This document shows, piece by piece, positions 59,617 to 64,000 of a stretch of DNA of 64,000 nucleotides (positions are counted from its first letter, which is position 1; each line of letters begins with the position of its first letter). A program made the position numbers and the translations under genes. Below the pieces are notes generated by a model. It saw nothing but the letters and a program-made list of their open reading frames with translations. It did not search any database and had not been told where the DNA came from. The DNA lies in NCBI RefSeq assembly GCF_902652985.1, contig NC_047031.1, positions 15,004,001-15,068,000 of the forward strand. Direction: 5' to 3'. The DNA is from Pecten maximus (Eukaryota).

Positions 59617-59934
59617 TTACTTCTTGCTGTAGGGATTATAACGCTGCGATGCTTGATAGGGTGGCGGTGGCCCCCTTTCCAAATTCATGCGAGGATAGTA
59701 AGCCTCAAGTATCGGTGTAGATGCGTACTGGATTCCCTCCACGGATACCATCTGCAAAGGTGGTTGTTGTAACGATACAGTTGACGATGGTGACGCACTC
59801 GCAGCAGGTATGAGTGTCGTCATCGATGTGGGTGGTGGAATAGTAGACTCTGACAAAGGTGCATCTGCAGATTCTATAGCGTCAGTAGATGGAACAGTGG
59901 CAGAGGCTGAGACAACGGCAGGCATGGGTGCAGG
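59617..59934 (-). pseudogene. Terminal exon of the copy C gene at the PC4-like position
   Basis: CTCATTTACAG acceptor, phase 0, ends PPPPY..QRYNPYSKK*; upstream exons replaced by the LINE. Confidence 0.55.
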
Positions 59935-59974
59935 CTGTAAATGAGATGTTTAATATACATCAATGAAACCAATT

Positions 59975-62535
59975 ACACATTTAAAGTAACTCCCAGCACC
60001 ATACATAATTCTCGGATATTTTAATGGGCATAACAGTCTGTGGGGCTCCCCGAACACAGATGAGAGAGGAAGACGTATTGAGGAATTTATAGATAAAAAC
60101 AACCTGTGTCTTTTTAACAATAATACCCCAACATATCTACATCCTGCTACAGGCTCTCGTACCCACATAGACCTATCATTATGCCATCCATCCATTTTAC
60201 TCGATTATGACTGGAGGGTAAATGATGATCTATGTGGGAGTGACCACTTCCCTATTTTTCGTAGGAATATTGGGACCCCTCTTGATAAACCACTTCCTCG
60301 ATGGAATGTGCACAGGGCGGATTGGGGCCAATTTAAACACCTGTGCAACGAGGAGATTACTGTAGAAAAATTCACTAACCTGGATGACCCAATTAAAACA
60401 TTCACTGAAACGATAACTTCTATTGCCACAAAAACGATACCAAAGTCCGTCCCAAAACCTACAAAGTTCCTTTTATCTGAAGAATCTTTTATCAATAGAT
60501 CCGGCCGAAAGGCAGCTCTAAGACGATTCCTGACTTCCCCTACAACTGAAAATTACAATAATTTTAAAATTTGGAGGGCGAAGGCTCGGCGATCTATTAA
60601 GTCCGACAAAAAGAATAGCTGGAAGGAATACATTTCTAAAATATCTTCAAACACATCATCAAAAAAGATATGGGATCAGATACGAAAAATAAGTGGAAAA
60701 CGAAAAACGGCTCCAGCATCCCATCTTATCAACAATAGCCAAATTTTCTCTTCTACATCTGAAATTGCAAATGCATTTGCTAAAAATATAGCCCATAACT
60801 CATCCGCCAAAAATCACTCCAAAAAATTCCAAACTTTCAAAAAAGACAAAGAAAAGAAACGTCTTAACTTCAAATCATCCAACACAGAGAGTTACAACAA
60901 GCCTTTTGATCTCCAGGAGTTGCTTGAATCGCTAAAAAGATCGACCGATTCAGCAGCTGGGCCAGATGAAATTCCGTATCAATTCCTGAAACATTTACCA
61001 GAATCATCATCACGATGTCTCTTATATATTTTTAATCAAGTATTCGCTTCCGGTAAGATCCCCGAGTCTTGGAAGGAATCTACAGTTATTCCAATTCCAA
61101 AACCTGGTAAGGACGCCAATGAACCAAATAATTATCGCCCTATCTCTCTAACAAGCTGCATCTGTAAAACACTTGAACGGATGATAAACAATAGACTGGT
61201 TTGGTTCCTTGAATCCAATAATATTTTGAGTCCACTCCAAAGCGGATTCAGAAACCGCAGAGGAACAGTAGACCACCTGGTCAGATTAGAAACCTTTATT
61301 CGAGAAGCTTTCGCAAAGAAGGAACATCTTGTTGCTGTGTTCTTTGATCTGGAGAAAGCATACGATACTACATGGCAATATGGTATTATGAAAGACTTGC
61401 ATGAAATTGGTGTACGTGGGAATCTCCCTCAATTCATTTCAAACTACATATCTGACAGACATTTTAAGGTTCGCGTTGGCTCAACGTATTCTGAAACAGC
61501 TAAACAGGAAATGGGAGTCCCTCAGGGTGGGATCCTTTCCGTAACTCTTTTCGGTCTGAAAATCAACAGTATAACTAAATGTCTCGGTAAGTCAACTGAA
61601 GGGTCTCTATTTGTTGATGACTTCTTGATCTGCTATAGGTCGAAGAACATGCACACGATAGAACGACAACTTCAACAATGTTTGGGCAAACTACAAACAT
61701 GGGCAGATGAAAACGGCTTCAAATTTTCCAGATCAAAAACTGTCTGCATGCACTTCTGCCAAAAACGAAAGCCACATAATAATCCCGATCTAACATTAAA
61801 TGGAAGCAAAATTCCAGTTGTAGAACAAACCAAATTCCTCGGACTAATTTTCGATTCAAAACTCTCCTTTGTTCCACATATTAAACACCTAAAGGATAAG
61901 TGCTCAAAGGCGATGACTATTTTACGCGTACTATCCCACACCGACTGGGGTGCGGACCGTGAAATGCTCTTGCGCCTTTATAGGGCACTTATTCGATCAA
62001 AACTCGACTATGGGTCCATCGTTTATGGATCGGCACGGAATTCTTACCTGCAAATGTTGGATCCTATCCATAATCAAGGATTACGTCTAGCACTTGGTGC
62101 TTTCCGAACAACACCAGTGCAGAGCCTGTATGTAGAGGCAAATGAACCATCTTTAAATGACAGAAGGAAAAAACTTTCTCTTCAATATGCCGCCCAATTG
62201 AAATCCAACCCGAAAAATCCGGCTTTTGACCTTGTTGTCAATCCGCAATACCAAAGCATATTTACTCAAAACCAAAAACTCTTACCAACATTTGGCATTA
62301 GAATTTCGAATTTTCTTCATGAACTTAACATAAGCTTAGACAACATAGGCGAATACACCGTATCGGATGTACCGCCATGGCTTGTCGAAACACCTGATAT
62401 TAACCTTACTCTACACGTGAGGGCAAAATCGAGTGCATTACCCGAAGAACACAAATCCTCCTTTCGGGAATGCATTAAAGATTTTCCCGATCACGTTCAG
62501 ATCTACACTGATGGCTCAAAAGATGGAGTAAAGGC
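59975..62535 (+). mobile_element. Non-LTR retrotransposon (I/Nimb-like) ORF2: partial AP endonuclease, RT, start of RNase H; truncated at both ends
   Basis: Frame open from 59990: FNGH..WGS, GSDHFPI, YRPISL, FFDLEKAYD, GVPQG, FVDD, IYTDGSK. Confidence 0.95.
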
Positions 62536-62544
62536 CTCCTTAGT

Positions 62545-62850
62545 GCTCATTTGTTGAATTAGCTCTTCATCATTCACATGTTCTTTTTCCAGGAAAGGTT
62601 TCATCTCGGTTCTTATGATATCACTTTTTAGTCCAGTATACACAGAACGACAAAAGAGACTGTCAACAAGTTTCTGATCATTCATCACAGCATTGCTATC
62701 TTCCTGTGAAGTAAACATAACCTTTTGTCTCAGTTTCAATGCTCGGAGAAGAAAATCAGAAGGGTCCTCCCTTGGCTGTTGGACCATCTCGCTAATCATG
62801 TTGAATAACTCGGTAGGGGTTTTCTCCTTGTAGTGTGCCCTGAGAATAAG
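62545..62850 (-). pseudogene. LTR-retrotransposon gag-like fragment
   Basis: ILRAHYKEK..ELF..QQPREDPSDFLLRALKLRQKV..TGL pattern. Confidence 0.6.
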
Positions 62851-63044
62851 CACGGCCCTCCAGATAATTCCTTAGACCAGATCCCACCGGTACAGTATCA
62901 CGAGAAAGTATGTCACCAAGGACGTCACCTAACAGAAGGTGCTGTACGAGAAGCAGGCTATTGGATTACAGGTGGGAAGCGTCTCATCTCATACATCATT
63001 CACTCTTGTGTTAGTCCGCCATCTTTGGAGCTGTACATGTATAC

Positions 63045-63192
63045 AGGCCAAGTAGTACAATAGAAAAGAACCCCTTGTAGTTATAGAATAAGGTGCCGGA
63101 GTTCTTGGGGGGGCCTTGATCGCGATATGTTTACCGTCCAGCGCCCCACACGCATGGTGGAAGTTCCATCTTTGACCAAACTGCTCGGCTAC
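63045..63192 (-). pseudogene. PIF/Harbinger transposase fragment
   Basis: RWNFHHACGALDGKHIAI then, after a frameshift, FYNYKGFFSIVLL. Confidence 0.85.
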
Positions 63193-63548
63193 CTGCAAAA
63201 CACAATACAGAAATGTATTAATTTAAAATGACGTATAATATTACAATGAAATATAATTCAATTTGATGCTTAGCAATATAGACAAATGTTTTAGCCTGTT
63301 TTCCGTCGTGATTAGCTCCCAAATATGTGCAGTGCTATTTCAGGTTTTTTTATTATGTAATTTTGACATCATAATCAAATGACTACTTCCAGAATCTTGG
63401 AAGCGATTCTATGGGTGTATTTCTTTCGCCAGTCCGGTGTGTGCAGAACATGTTCGAGCCAATGAAATGCACCATTACAGTACGCGCGCACAACGAGAAT
63501 CGTCTTCCGTGCGCACCACTTTTACAGCTGGTGCAGAAAGAATTAAAG

Positions 63549-63672
63549 ATGGCGGAGTCGGAACCAACCGTTTACATGTGCTCTAACTGCGGAGTGTGTT
63601 TCGCATTTAGAGCAAATTTCGACGCTCACCAGTGCACATCCAGCATGTCCAGCGTTGCAAAGGCATCCACAG
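63549..63672 (+). CDS. Possible first exon with a zinc-finger motif (likely transposon gene)
   Basis: MAESEPTVYMCSNCGVCF..HQC followed by a GTAAAA donor. Confidence 0.35.
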
Positions 63673-64000
63673 GTAAAACAATAGAGAGAGAATGGAAATT
63701 TTGGTGGCTTTTTAGGATTACTTAAGAATGCTAATAATGCTGACAAGAAATAAATGACAGGATATGCATTGATCTTATGACCTACATATGATAAATAAGG
63801 CATGTGTTGTTGCCAGAAAACTTATTGTCTTACCACCATCTTAATTTGGCCTGTTAAATTTACTTTACTGTATAAGGAATCAAAATTATTTGGTCAAATT
63901 GTGAAGCAAAAAATAACCTAAATCTGGTTGTCATTTTTTCTTGATTAAAGTTTTCCGTATGTGTGTGCAATTTGGCCAAACTGCATTTGACCTTTTCTTG

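Overview
AT-rich animal genomic DNA (the repeat types suggest a bivalve mollusc; inference) made almost entirely of mobile elements, with two 500-N gaps. It holds pieces of at least four Polinton/Maverick (adintovirus-like) endogenous DNA viruses. A (1-6029, minus) has capsid, integrase and accessory genes plus a visible terminus. D (9887-11689) is a PolB 3' fragment. B (12190 to at least 32250, plus) has an open core set: integrase, penton, basic core protein, major capsid protein, protease, ATPase and a 1426-aa pPolB. About 16 kb of B and its right flank is repeated after the second gap. C (53682-59934) is a decayed PolB split by a Helentron-type element. Also present: a pogo-like transposon, two copies of an RNase H-bearing LINE, SINE-like pieces, and gag and Harbinger fragments. 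The main signal is invisible to the ORF track: intron-rich accessory genes to the right of PolB. These are three paralogous signal-peptide/Cys-domain/repeat-stalk/TM genes, a spliced PC4-like gene with a PY-type tail seen in three lineages, and a TM-coiled-coil-PPxY protein. BIR-only genes lie at the other end of the element. All gene models were read by eye and need RNA-seq and profile searches.
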